Below the pieces are notes generated by a model that worked only from the letters and a program-made list of their open reading frames with translations, had not been told where the DNA came from and made no database searches. From Nitrospinaceae bacterium UBA7883 (GTDB taxonomy: Bacteria > Nitrospinota_A > UBA7883), in the NCBI GenBank assembly GCA_002500605.1, contig DLRR01000002.1:3313-67312 (forward strand): a stretch of DNA of 64,000 nt, read 5' to 3'. The translations under genes were made by a program, and so were the position numbers. Shown in pieces: positions 50,138-58,814 of the stretch (the first letter of the stretch is position 1; each line of letters begins with the position of its first letter).

Positions 50138-50901
50138 GCAGTGTGACCAGATGTGGTGTAGATGCTGGATCACGGGAAGTTAAACTGGCTTTCTTTACTG
50201 GAAAGAGTCTGGTGTTTAGCGGCAGTGTCGACACAGTGGAATTTTACACTAAATGCCGCAATGGTGGAGAAAGCCTAGACATCACAAGACTAGATCAGTT
50301 CAAAGAAGCCCCTCCCGTAAAACGGATAGTTACTACCGGGTATGGTCGAAATAAAATTAATATCATTGGTGGGTCGGCAATATCCGAAATAATGGCTCAT
50401 GCTCGAGGCGCAATTTGGCAAACAGGGCTAACTGAATTTACTTTGGTGGATATTGGCGGACAGGATACCAAAGTTATCTCGGTAAGGGATGGTGCAGTAA
50501 AAGACTTCATAATGAACGATAAATGCGCCGCTGGTTCGGGTAGATATTTGGAAAACATCGCAAGGGTATTAAGTGTATCACTAGAAAAGCTTTCCACGTT
50601 CAGCGAAGATTCTGCTACACTTTCCAGTACTTGTGCCATTTTTGGTGAGTCAGAAGTGATCGGTCTAATATCCGAAGGTGTAGAAATAGAAAAAATATTA
50701 GCCGGAGCCAACCGCAGTGTGGTAATGAGACTATTACCAATGATAAAAAAGCAAAAGCCAGAACGTCTTGTGGTTACTGGTGGTGTGGCTAACAATGAAG
50801 CAATTATAAAAATGTTGGGAATTGAATTGAAGTTGGAGGTAACTGTTCCTCCTCTGCCACAGTTAAATGGTGCCATTGGCTGTTGCAGTTGTCCTGAATA
50901 A
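50134..50901 (+). CDS. Acyl-CoA dehydratase activase (HgdC/BadFG ASKHA ATPase, 4Fe-4S)
   Basis: GVDAGS, TTGYGR, DIGGQDTK, MNDKCAAGSGR, STCAIFGESE, TGGVA.N, GAIG. Confidence 0.92.
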   Translation: MSSVTRCGVDAGSREVKLAFFTGKSLVFSGSVDTVEFYTKCRNGGESLDITRLDQFKEAPPVKRIVTTGYGRNKINIIGGSAISEIMAHARGAIWQTGLTEFTLVDIGGQDTKVISVRDGAVKDFIMNDKCAAGSGRYLENIARVLSVSLEKLSTFSEDSATLSSTCAIFGESEVIGLISEGVEIEKILAGANRSVVMRLLPMIKKQKPERLVVTGGVANNEAIIKMLGIELKLEVTVPPLPQLNGAIGCCSCPE

Positions 50902-50931
50902 AGGATAATATTTTTCAAGCAGGAGTTTAAT

Positions 50932-51405
50932 ATGGTTGATTTTGCTGGCTTTAGTCATCTGTATGACTATCACAATCAAAGTAATAAGACGCTACTGTCG
51001 TTTATCACAGAAAACCCCCAGCCTCGTGCACTTAATATTTTTGCCCACATAATGGCAGCTGATAGGATGTGGCACAGCAGGCTGGAACTAGGCGTTGATG
51101 CACCTGAGCCAAAGCTTTGGCCAACTGGTAAGACACCCGAGATGCTTGCTGGTGAAATGGAAACCATGGCGAGTGGTTGGAAAGGGTATCTTTCCCAGTC
51201 AGATGTTAATCACTCAAGGGTAATTAATTACTTAAATATAAAGGGTGAACAGACCAGCAAGGAGGAGTACGAGATTTTGACAACATGCTTGTTTCATGGA
51301 GCGTACCACCGAGGGCAGATTGCAATGCTGACATCTCTCAGAAGTGCTGAAGGAGTCCAAGCCCCTGCAACAGATTATATATTCTTTCCACCAAAAAAGG
51401 ATTAA
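50932..51405 (+). CDS. DinB family protein
   Basis: AHI..AD..W..R and HGAYHRGQI metal-binding histidines, TDYI. Confidence 0.88.
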   Translation: MVDFAGFSHLYDYHNQSNKTLLSFITENPQPRALNIFAHIMAADRMWHSRLELGVDAPEPKLWPTGKTPEMLAGEMETMASGWKGYLSQSDVNHSRVINYLNIKGEQTSKEEYEILTTCLFHGAYHRGQIAMLTSLRSAEGVQAPATDYIFFPPKKD

Positions 51406-51433
51406 GCAATATTAAAATTGAAGAAGTTCGTCG

Positions 51434-51898
51434 CTAATTATTACCCTCTTTGCTAGATAACTCTACATACTTCATGCGCAGGTCATAAAGGCTATGAGTT
51501 ATTAGTTTACTTTCTTCAGTCGTAAGATTACCCTCGGACTTTTTCTCGAACATTTCAAGAATTTCAATGGTCTGTTTGGCCAGTTCAAGATTAATTGAAG
51601 TTTTTCCTGATACAGGATCTTGAAAACCACCCATATGGTGCACAGCGCTAGACGCCATTGAAAGAACAAAAGTGGAGAAATCTATTGGCGGTGCTTCCGC
51701 AGCAGGTTGACTTTGAACTTTTTCTTCTCGAGTAGTCGATCTTGGCTGGTCACTACTTTGTTCACTTTCTGAATGGGAATTATCACTACTATTCCTCAAT
51801 TCGTTATTTGCATCATCAGCCGAGTTGTCCTCTCCTTCTTCGTTTTGGTGACGCTTATCACGAAAAACAAATGATTCTTTATCGTTTTCCTTAGCCAT
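51434..51898 (-). CDS. DUF1844 domain protein
   Basis: PPIDFSTFVLSM..SA..HMG...DP....NL.LAKQTI..L.M..K..GNL..EE...L.DLRM.YV; disordered acidic N-terminus. Confidence 0.88.
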   Translation of the reverse strand: MAKENDKESFVFRDKRHQNEEGEDNSADDANNELRNSSDNSHSESEQSSDQPRSTTREEKVQSQPAAEAPPIDFSTFVLSMASSAVHHMGGFQDPVSGKTSINLELAKQTIEILEMFEKKSEGNLTTEESKLITHSLYDLRMKYVELSSKEGNN

Positions 51899-52010
51899 GT
51901 CGCAAAACTCCTCGGAGAAAATGTTACAGAAACTTGCTATACATCGTGTGCTATTTTCCCTTTGAACAAACCCTATTGCCCGGCTTTATCTCTACCGTGA
52001 CCATTACATT

Positions 52011-52277
52011 CTATTCATCTGAAGCTGAAACATCTGGCAGATCTTTAACATCCTCTTGAAACAACTCAGCGGTTGTTGCTATGTCTGATTTACTTAGTTC
52101 TATTAGCCCTTCGCAAACCTCTTGTAAGGCAATATCCACGAGCTTCTTGTCTGTTGGATCTACAAGCGGATCTGCTCCACTCATCAATTGTCTTATTCTA
52201 ATAGTGACTAGGTTGGCTACTACAAATTTTTTGGGATTTTTTTCCATTGCCTGACTTAACAGGGTAACATCAAACAT
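52011..52277 (-). CDS. rpoZ: RNA polymerase omega subunit
   Basis: KF....L...R.RQL..GA.PLV....K.V.IAL.E...G pattern. Confidence 0.82.
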   Translation of the reverse strand: MFDVTLLSQAMEKNPKKFVVANLVTIRIRQLMSGADPLVDPTDKKLVDIALQEVCEGLIELSKSDIATTAELFQEDVKDLPDVSASDE

Positions 52278-52324
52278 AATTGTCTAAGCCTCGTTTCAAA
52301 GTATTGTTATAAATCTAGCAAACT

Positions 52325-52678
52325 CTATACTCGTGATTTTTCACTTCCCTCTTGACATTCTATACATAAAATGGAGTATGGCATAACTTCAAGACGTTTT
52401 TTTATTATTTTATCACCACACTCTGCACACATTCCGTATTCACCATTGTCTATACGGACTATTGCTTCATCAATATAGCTCAACTCGTCTTGGCAACGAT
52501 TCTTCATCAAAAAAGTCATGGCCTGCCCATAGTCGGACTCTGCCACATCAACATCATCCCCATGGCGATTCATGGTCTCCTCTTTAATGTCGTTAGCCAT
52601 ATCGGAGTCTGCCCTAAGGAGAAAACTTCTTTTTTGAATTAATATCTTCTTCAGCCTAGAAAAATCCTCTTTTTTCAT
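52325..52678 (-). CDS. dksA: DksA/TraR C4 zinc-finger protein
   Basis: Coiled-coil tip DDVDVA (DxxDxA), IDEAI.RI..GEYG.CAEC...RLE..P...LCIEC; ATG at 52678 after GGAGAG. Confidence 0.85.
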   Translation of the reverse strand: MKKEDFSRLKKILIQKRSFLLRADSDMANDIKEETMNRHGDDVDVAESDYGQAMTFLMKNRCQDELSYIDEAIVRIDNGEYGMCAECGDKIIKKRLEVMPYSILCIECQEGSEKSRV

Positions 52679-52960
52679 TACTAACAACTCTCCGACAAAA
52701 GATTTTTTAGCCTTCTCGCATTAAAATCAAATCATCAAGGCAAGGTGGCTAATAAATGGGGTTTGATAACCAAACATCTAACAAAAATAATTGGGCATTA
52801 TAGGCAAATTGCATGTAACGATCAAGTGTTAACCAGTCAGGGTAAAAGTTTGATAATTAAAATAAAGCACATAACAAGTTGTTACCATAAAGGCCAAGTC
52901 AACGCATTCCCTAAACCGATTACACTTAAATTGGCTATTGGCGGTCAAACTTTGGTGAGG

Positions 52961-53788
52961 TTACATAGCCTTAAGATGCCTCGGTGAAGGCCCGTAGCTG
53001 TGACTATTGTCAGGGAAAATACCTTCCTTTACTTCACTTGCGTACTCGGCCACGGCTTCCGAAATTGTTGAGGAAAGCTGAGCATATTGCTTTACGAACT
53101 TAGGCTTAAAGTTGTTTTGAAGGCCAAGAAGATCATCCGTTACCATTATTTGACCATCGCAGTACTGGCCAGCACCAATGCCAATGGTAGGAATGCTAAG
53201 TTTTTCCGTTATCTTTTGTGCCACATCAACTGGTACACACTCGAGAACAAGCGCGAATATCCCACAATTTTCCAGGGCAAGTGCATCGTCCTCTAGTTTT
53301 TTTGCTGATTCTTCTTCCCTGCCCTGTATCTTAAAACCGCCTAGTTTATGAATAGATTGCGGCGTAAGCCCAATATGTCCCATCACAGGGATACCGCCAG
53401 CTAACATACTTTTGATCAGCTCTGTTATACCATCTCGTCCTTCTAGTTTAACGGCCTCAGCACCTTCACGTATTAACTTTGCAGCATTTTCGAGTGCTTT
53501 TTCTTCGCTCACGTGATAGGACATAAATGGCATGTCGGCCACCAAAAGAGCTCGCTTGATCCCTTTTCGTACCGCACGAGTATGGTAGGCAACATCCTCG
53601 ATAGTTACCTTGAGGGTGTTATCATCACCCATAAAGGTCATACCGAGTGAATCACCCACTAAAACCAAATCTACTCCGACAGAGTCCACTAGTGCGGCAA
53701 GTGGGTAGTCATATGCGGTCAGGGCTGTTATTTTTTGGCCCTTTTGCTTCATCTTCTCAAGATGGTTTGTTGTTACTTTATTTTCCAT
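52961..53788 (-). CDS. panB: 3-methyl-2-oxobutanoate hydroxymethyltransferase
   Basis: LTAYD, LVGDS, ADMPF.SY, VKLEG, GHIGLTPQ, IGIGAG, DGQ; ATG at 53788 preferred over the upstream GTG. Confidence 0.97.
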   Translation of the reverse strand: MENKVTTNHLEKMKQKGQKITALTAYDYPLAALVDSVGVDLVLVGDSLGMTFMGDDNTLKVTIEDVAYHTRAVRKGIKRALLVADMPFMSYHVSEEKALENAAKLIREGAEAVKLEGRDGITELIKSMLAGGIPVMGHIGLTPQSIHKLGGFKIQGREEESAKKLEDDALALENCGIFALVLECVPVDVAQKITEKLSIPTIGIGAGQYCDGQIMVTDDLLGLQNNFKPKFVKQYAQLSSTISEAVAEYASEVKEGIFPDNSHSYGPSPRHLKAM

Positions 53789-53816
53789 TTTTTGATAACC
53801 AATAACAAAAATTTCC

Positions 53817-53836
53817 GTTGTGAAAACATTCACAAC
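53817..53836. promoter_or_regulatory. Rex-box-like palindrome in panB leader
   Basis: GTTGTGAA-AACA-TTCACAAC matches the Rex consensus TTGTGAA-N4-TTCACAA. Confidence 0.45.
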
Positions 53837-53903
53837 CACTTGAATTTAAGGAAAAATCCGGGTAAGGCCCACCACGGGCGTCGGGACAGATCAGGAGCAA
53901 GCA

Positions 53904-53985
53904 AGCTGTCTCCCGTCTTAAAAAGATGGCTATCCATTTTGTCTCCCGTCCCAGTCCACTCCTTACAGCAGATCCAAGCGGCAAT
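53904..53985 (-). ncRNA. pan RNA motif (cis-regulatory leader of panB)
   Basis: GC-rich island in an AT-rich leader: GCCGCUUGGAUC...GGACUGGGACGGGAGAC, then a second hairpin GCCAUCUU-UUU-AAGACGGGAGAC; tandem bulged hairpins upstream of panB. Confidence 0.8.
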
Positions 53986-54028
53986 AATTTGTGTACATGG
54001 TATCACAAAATAGTCTTACCGAAAACTT

Positions 54029-54052
54029 CATTCCGGTGAAATGACCGGAATG
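54029..54052 (-). terminator. Hairpin downstream of the deoxynucleoside kinase gene (likely terminator)
   Basis: Perfect 9-bp stem CATTCCGGT-GAAATG-ACCGGAATG, followed on the minus strand by AAGTTTT. Confidence 0.45.
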
Positions 54053-54178
54053 CTTATGTGTGAGCACATTGACAACTGTTAAAATCTTTCCGTTTACTTA
54101 TATACGAAAGTTAGTTTAGCTAGCAACACGCTTGCAAGTCGGGTAGTTTTATTAAAACTCGAAATGATAAAAATATTA

Positions 54179-54826
54179 CTAAAACTGAGTGGCAGGTGGA
54201 TTGAAAAACTCCAGCCCAATCACATCTGAGCAGACTTTAACTGCAAGGCTTTCAAAATCCGTCTTGTTAGCTACGAAGTCAATATTGTTGGTGTTAATAA
54301 TAAGTACTGGGCATTGGCGATAGTTAAAGAAAAATTCGTTAAAGGTTCTATTAACTTCAGAAAGATATTCTTCGGTTATTGTTTTCTCTATTTCTCTATC
54401 GCGTTTACGGATTCGCTTCATGAGGACCGATGTATCTGCTTGCAGATAAACAATAAGGTCTGGTGAGGGAATCTCCCTGATAAATTGTCGATAAATTTCT
54501 ACATATATACGAAATTCATGTTCCGTAAGATTAAGCTTGGCAAAATTATAATCTCTCTCTATAACATAGTCGCAAAGAATAACCTTGTTGAATAAATCAC
54601 CTTGCGATAGGCCTGATAACTGTTTATAGCGATTTACGAGAAAAAACATTTGTGCCTCAAAAGCATATTGTTTCTTGTTCTCATAAAAATTTGATAGGTA
54701 TGGGTTGCTGTCTACTGGTTCATAAATAGGGTCTACGCCAAATCGCTCACCTAGCAAGCCGGTGAGACTGCTTTTACCAACACCAATAGGTCCTTCGATA
54801 GCAATGTAACGAACTGTCTCATTCAT
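54179..54826 (-). CDS. Deoxynucleoside kinase family protein
   Basis: IAIEGPIGVGKSS, EPV..NPYL..FY, PDL.VYLQA, RI.KR.R..E. Confidence 0.92.
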   Translation of the reverse strand: MNETVRYIAIEGPIGVGKSSLTGLLGERFGVDPIYEPVDSNPYLSNFYENKKQYAFEAQMFFLVNRYKQLSGLSQGDLFNKVILCDYVIERDYNFAKLNLTEHEFRIYVEIYRQFIREIPSPDLIVYLQADTSVLMKRIRKRDREIEKTITEEYLSEVNRTFNEFFFNYRQCPVLIINTNNIDFVANKTDFESLAVKVCSDVIGLEFFNPPATQF

Positions 54827-55314
54827 GAGACTATTCTACGTGTTTCCTGGCCATCTTTGGGAAGAGAATCAAGCAGCTCTTTTACGCTTTTTTCTAATGT
54901 TGGATGAACCACATCAGGGCTGATGTCACAGATTGGTTGCAAAACAAACCGCCTTTTATCTGCTTGCTTATGTGGTATGGTCAATTTCTCAGTGTTCATA
55001 ATAATATCATCGTAGAAAATGATATCGATGTCTATTTCTCTTGCGCCCCATCGCTCACCCGGAACACGTCCTTGTTCTCTTTCTATCCGTTTTGCCATGG
55101 CAAGTGCTTCTTCCGGTGTTATGCCAACTTCTATTGCAATAGCCGTATTCACAAACCAGGGTTGGTCTGTTTTCCCCTGCGGCTCGGTCTTGTAAAAAGA
55201 CCCTGCTTCAAAGGAGCAGTCGTCATTTTCGGCGACAATCTTTTTAATTGCACTCAAAATTGCATTTACAGGATCACCACCATTGGAACCTAGTGAAATA
55301 TAAATCAACGGCAT
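54823..55314 (-). CDS. folK: 2-amino-4-hydroxy-6-hydroxymethyldihydropteridine diphosphokinase
   Basis: ISLGSN, Y.TEP, QPWFVN, RWGAREIDIDI, IPH, RRFVL.P. Confidence 0.95.
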   Translation of the reverse strand: MPLIYISLGSNGGDPVNAILSAIKKIVAENDDCSFEAGSFYKTEPQGKTDQPWFVNTAIAIEVGITPEEALAMAKRIEREQGRVPGERWGAREIDIDIIFYDDIIMNTEKLTIPHKQADKRRFVLQPICDISPDVVHPTLEKSVKELLDSLPKDGQETRRIVS

Positions 55315-55368
55315 TATTTAACTACCATTTTCGTGTTTAAATCATCATGGCAAAGATGCACCTGTTGG

Positions 55369-56607
55369 CTAAAACCTGAACTTCACGTCTGATAGCCGCT
55401 TGGCTATCTCGTCCATAACTTTTCCCTCCTCTACCTCATTTTTAGCAGAAAAGGTAACAGAAAAGCGTACAAAACTCCCCGCATCATCCCATGGCACTGT
55501 CGATATAAGTTTTTCTTTGATCATCCATTGGCTGAAATCTTCCCCGCTACTAAAAACCTGGCCATCTTCAATTCCTTTTGGCGCCTTAACATACAAGTAA
55601 AATGTTCCGCTTGGCATTGAAGCTTCAAATCCAGCTGTTTTTAGGGCATTTACAAGAAGTTTTAGTCTACGTTCATACTTATGCCTGATCTGTTCGGTTA
55701 TGCTTAGATTGTCCAAACCTGTAATCCCAGCTTTTTGAATGCCGATAAATTGGCCGCTGTCGATGTTGTCTTTAATGTTGGCAAAGGCGTTGACTACCAG
55801 TTTGTTTCCAGCCACAAATCCTAGCCTCCATCCAGTCATATTATGGGACTTAGATAAAGAATGAAGTTCTACACCAACATTCTTAGCACCATCAACAGAA
55901 AGAAAACTATATGGCTTTGTTTCATATGTTAACGCAGCATAAGCCGCATCCTGTACTACAACTACATTGTTATCCGATGCAAAACGAACCACTTTATCGT
56001 AAAACTCTGGTGTTGCCCGAGCACCTGTCGGGTTGTTGGGATAATTAATATACAAAAGTTTCATTTTTATCAGGTCCTTCTCTCTTATCGAGCTAAGATC
56101 CGGCAAGAACCTATTTTCAGGTGTAAGTGGTAGGTTCACTACTCCACCGCCTAGATATTTTGTGTGCGTAGCCATAACTGGATACCCGGGAACAGTTTGC
56201 CCGGTCAGATCACCATGATTTATGAATGCTAGCGGTAGCATTGCTAAAGCGGATTTAGCACCTATGCAATGATTAATTTCCCTGTCAGGATCAATATCTG
56301 GTACTCCAAAAATGGTCTCAAGATAAATGGATGCTGCTAATTTAAACTCATACACTCCATTATCCGAATATCCACGGTTCTCCGGTTTTGTAGCCTCGGA
56401 TTGTAGAGCAGATACTACTTCAGGAAAGGCCATCTCGTCTGGCTCACCAACACCCATGTCTATTAGCTCTACACCTGGGTTTGCATCTATGGCAGATGCT
56501 TTACTCCGTTTTATCTTTTCAAATTTGTATATTGTCGTGTCTTTACCGAATTTGGCTCCTCCAATACGCTCGGCAAAAATATTTTGTATATAACTTTCAT
56601 TAATCAA
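55369..56607 (-). CDS. dapL: LL-diaminopimelate aminotransferase-like class I/II PLP aminotransferase
   Basis: ERIGG..FGK...IYKFEKIKR, DMGVGEPD, NYPNNPTG, DAAY, SLSK..NMTGWRLG. Confidence 0.8.
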   Translation of the reverse strand: MINESYIQNIFAERIGGAKFGKDTTIYKFEKIKRSKASAIDANPGVELIDMGVGEPDEMAFPEVVSALQSEATKPENRGYSDNGVYEFKLAASIYLETIFGVPDIDPDREINHCIGAKSALAMLPLAFINHGDLTGQTVPGYPVMATHTKYLGGGVVNLPLTPENRFLPDLSSIREKDLIKMKLLYINYPNNPTGARATPEFYDKVVRFASDNNVVVVQDAAYAALTYETKPYSFLSVDGAKNVGVELHSLSKSHNMTGWRLGFVAGNKLVVNAFANIKDNIDSGQFIGIQKAGITGLDNLSITEQIRHKYERRLKLLVNALKTAGFEASMPSGTFYLYVKAPKGIEDGQVFSSGEDFSQWMIKEKLISTVPWDDAGSFVRFSVTFSAKNEVEEGKVMDEIAKRLSDVKFRF

Positions 56608-56781
56608 CTTAGCTACACCCTTCCAAAAACTTTGTTTCTAGTTTAAATAATTTGGAGATTGTAGGGCAAGCAAGCTTCTTGGTCAATAATCCGCCTTGTG
56701 AGATGATTGAAACCATGTTAAACCATGGCAAGTATAGCAGGAAAAGATAGTAATCAAAGCTATTCCCAAGTCAGACCAATA

Positions 56782-56809
56782 TTGAAAATCTTTTACTTGG
56801 TGATACAAT
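56782..56809 (+). promoter_or_regulatory. Putative sigma70 promoter of tRNA-Ser
   Basis: TTGAAA-N16-TACAAT with extended -10 TG, 18 nt upstream of the tRNA. Confidence 0.5.
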
Positions 56810-56827
56810 CTAGCTCTAACAACACTT

Positions 56828-56918
<91 letters not shown>

Positions 56919-57158
56919 TAAATAACTTATTACACTTTGCATATCAATCTATTATGTTGTGGTATGGTTGAGTAGTCTTAACGTTATCCTTACCATCATG
57001 CAACAATCAATCTCACCCGTACAATCTTTTTGATAATTTCCAGAGGGATTTAACCTTATAACCGTCACGGAAAGTTCAACACTATACGGTTTTAAACACC
57101 CCCATTGACTCTTTTTAGAGTCCTATCGCTAGTTTGGTAGTAAGTTGATAGTCCAACA

Positions 57159-57875
57159 TTAATCTAACTCGATAGCTTTTTTTGTTTTACCCTTCCGCTT
57201 TTGCTCAGCTGCATCAAATTCCGACATACATGACCCTTTGGTAACCATAGCGCATTCAAGATATTCTGCTATATAGAGCACACATGCACGTATAGCTTTA
57301 CCGGCAGGTGTTTTTTCTTCTCCACCCAATCTACCACTAAACCCACCAAGGCTTAAACCAAGTCCTAGTCCACCAGAAGTAGATGTGGCTTCAATTGTTC
57401 TTACATAATCTATGTCACCAGTAGTTGAGTTGATAACGCGAAGATCTACAGCCATGTAGGCCTTGCTCTTTTTGCCACCAATCGATACGCCTCCAAACGA
57501 TATAGCTGCCCCACGCTTTGATGTGCCTTCTTCGTAAGCGGTCACGGTGGCGGTTATTAGGTACTTAGCACCAGTAAGTTGGCCAACTTTCGCTGCTGTA
57601 CCCTTACGAACCCTTCCAGAAGCCCCAAGATCCTGTTCACGTAAAACACTTTTTAACTTTTTGCGTTCCACCATCTTGAACTTGCCGGTGGATACCAGCT
57701 CATTTGTTAGCATACCGGCAAGTTCACGCCCAACTCCGGAACCCCACCAATGTGCTCTTGTAGTATTCTTGAAATCTAAAACACCCATTCTTGGTTTGGA
57801 TTTTGCCCACGCCCCCGTTGATGCCAGCATCAACGCTATTGTAACCACAATGACCAAATTAAACTTGTATCTCAT
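57159..57875 (-). CDS. CsgG/HfaB family exported protein
   Basis: Signal peptide ending AWA; GV.DF, ML..ELV.TG.F..VER..L..VL.EQ.L, TGA.YL, VDLRVI...TG. Confidence 0.85.
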   Translation of the reverse strand: MRYKFNLVIVVTIALMLASTGAWAKSKPRMGVLDFKNTTRAHWWGSGVGRELAGMLTNELVSTGKFKMVERKKLKSVLREQDLGASGRVRKGTAAKVGQLTGAKYLITATVTAYEEGTSKRGAAISFGGVSIGGKKSKAYMAVDLRVINSTTGDIDYVRTIEATSTSGGLGLGLSLGGFSGRLGGEEKTPAGKAIRACVLYIAEYLECAMVTKGSCMSEFDAAEQKRKGKTKKAIELD

Positions 57876-58029
57876 ACCTTGATCCCCATTTTTTGGTGCC
57901 TGACTTTTTTTCACAAAGCCACAATCTGTAACCAAATATACCATATTTATGATATTACAACGTGTGGAGCCTAATAAATCTAGGTCAACTATGTTTAAAG
58001 GCCTTTTTGGCTATATTTCTGAGTAGCAG

Positions 58030-58605
58030 ATGATAAGTAAAGTAAAGTTCTTAGGAAAAATTTTAGTTATTATTGTTGGCGGGTACCTTATCGGGCATTT
58101 CATAGTCACCGATCATATACAAAAAACTGATGGGCTAAGGATGGTAAACGATAAAGGCATTAAGGAAGAGGCGCCAAGCATTACCCTGAAATCTTTGAGT
58201 GGAAAACTTGTTTCCCTGTCAGATTTCAAGGGTAAATGGATTTTTCTTAATTTTTGGGCCACATGGTGTGCCCCATGTGTAGTTGAAATGCCCATGATGA
58301 ACAATCTGTACAATAAACTCAAAGATAAAAACTTTATAATGCTCGGCATTAGTTTAGATAAAGAAAACCCATATAAAGTTGCAAAGTTTGCCAAAAACCT
58401 AAAACTTGATTTTCCAATTCTGCTTGATCCAAAGCTTGAAACAGCCACCAAATATGGTGTCACCACCATTCCGCTAACTTTCATGATCGGGCCTGATGGC
58501 AGACTAGAGGCTATAGCTGAGGGCATTCGCAACTGGGATAGTAAAGAAATGATTCAATATTTTAATAGCCTTATAAATGAAGAGTTTAGCAAAACAGTTA
58601 ACTAA
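58030..58605 (+). CDS. TlpA/ResA-family thiol-disulfide oxidoreductase
   Basis: N-terminal TM, LNFWATWCAPCVVEMP, YGV..IP.T. Confidence 0.92.
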   Translation: MISKVKFLGKILVIIVGGYLIGHFIVTDHIQKTDGLRMVNDKGIKEEAPSITLKSLSGKLVSLSDFKGKWIFLNFWATWCAPCVVEMPMMNNLYNKLKDKNFIMLGISLDKENPYKVAKFAKNLKLDFPILLDPKLETATKYGVTTIPLTFMIGPDGRLEAIAEGIRNWDSKEMIQYFNSLINEEFSKTVN

Positions 58606-58814
58606 AACACCCCTGAAAATAGTTTGCTATCACAATAATGAATACTCGACTACAAGCTCAGAACAGAGCAGCAATCGTTCATAAGGCAATTAAGAGGGTT
58701 ACAAACTTGCTAGTATCACCAAATACATATGTTGTTGAGTTTTCTAACCAAAAATATTGTCCAGAGAAAAGCGGTTTTCAAGCCTTAAATCTATTTGACT
58801 ACTTTGGCCTTTGA

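Noticed and set aside
52745-52987. 80-aa plus-strand ORF between dksA and panB
   Set aside because: GTG start with a weak RBS, antisense to the gene run, overlaps the panB end and has no recognisable features.
53735-54013. ORFs 53778-53984 (-) and 53735-54013 (+), and the 17-codon N-terminal extension of panB
   Set aside because: They overlap the structured pan leader, and PanB homology begins at MENKVT.
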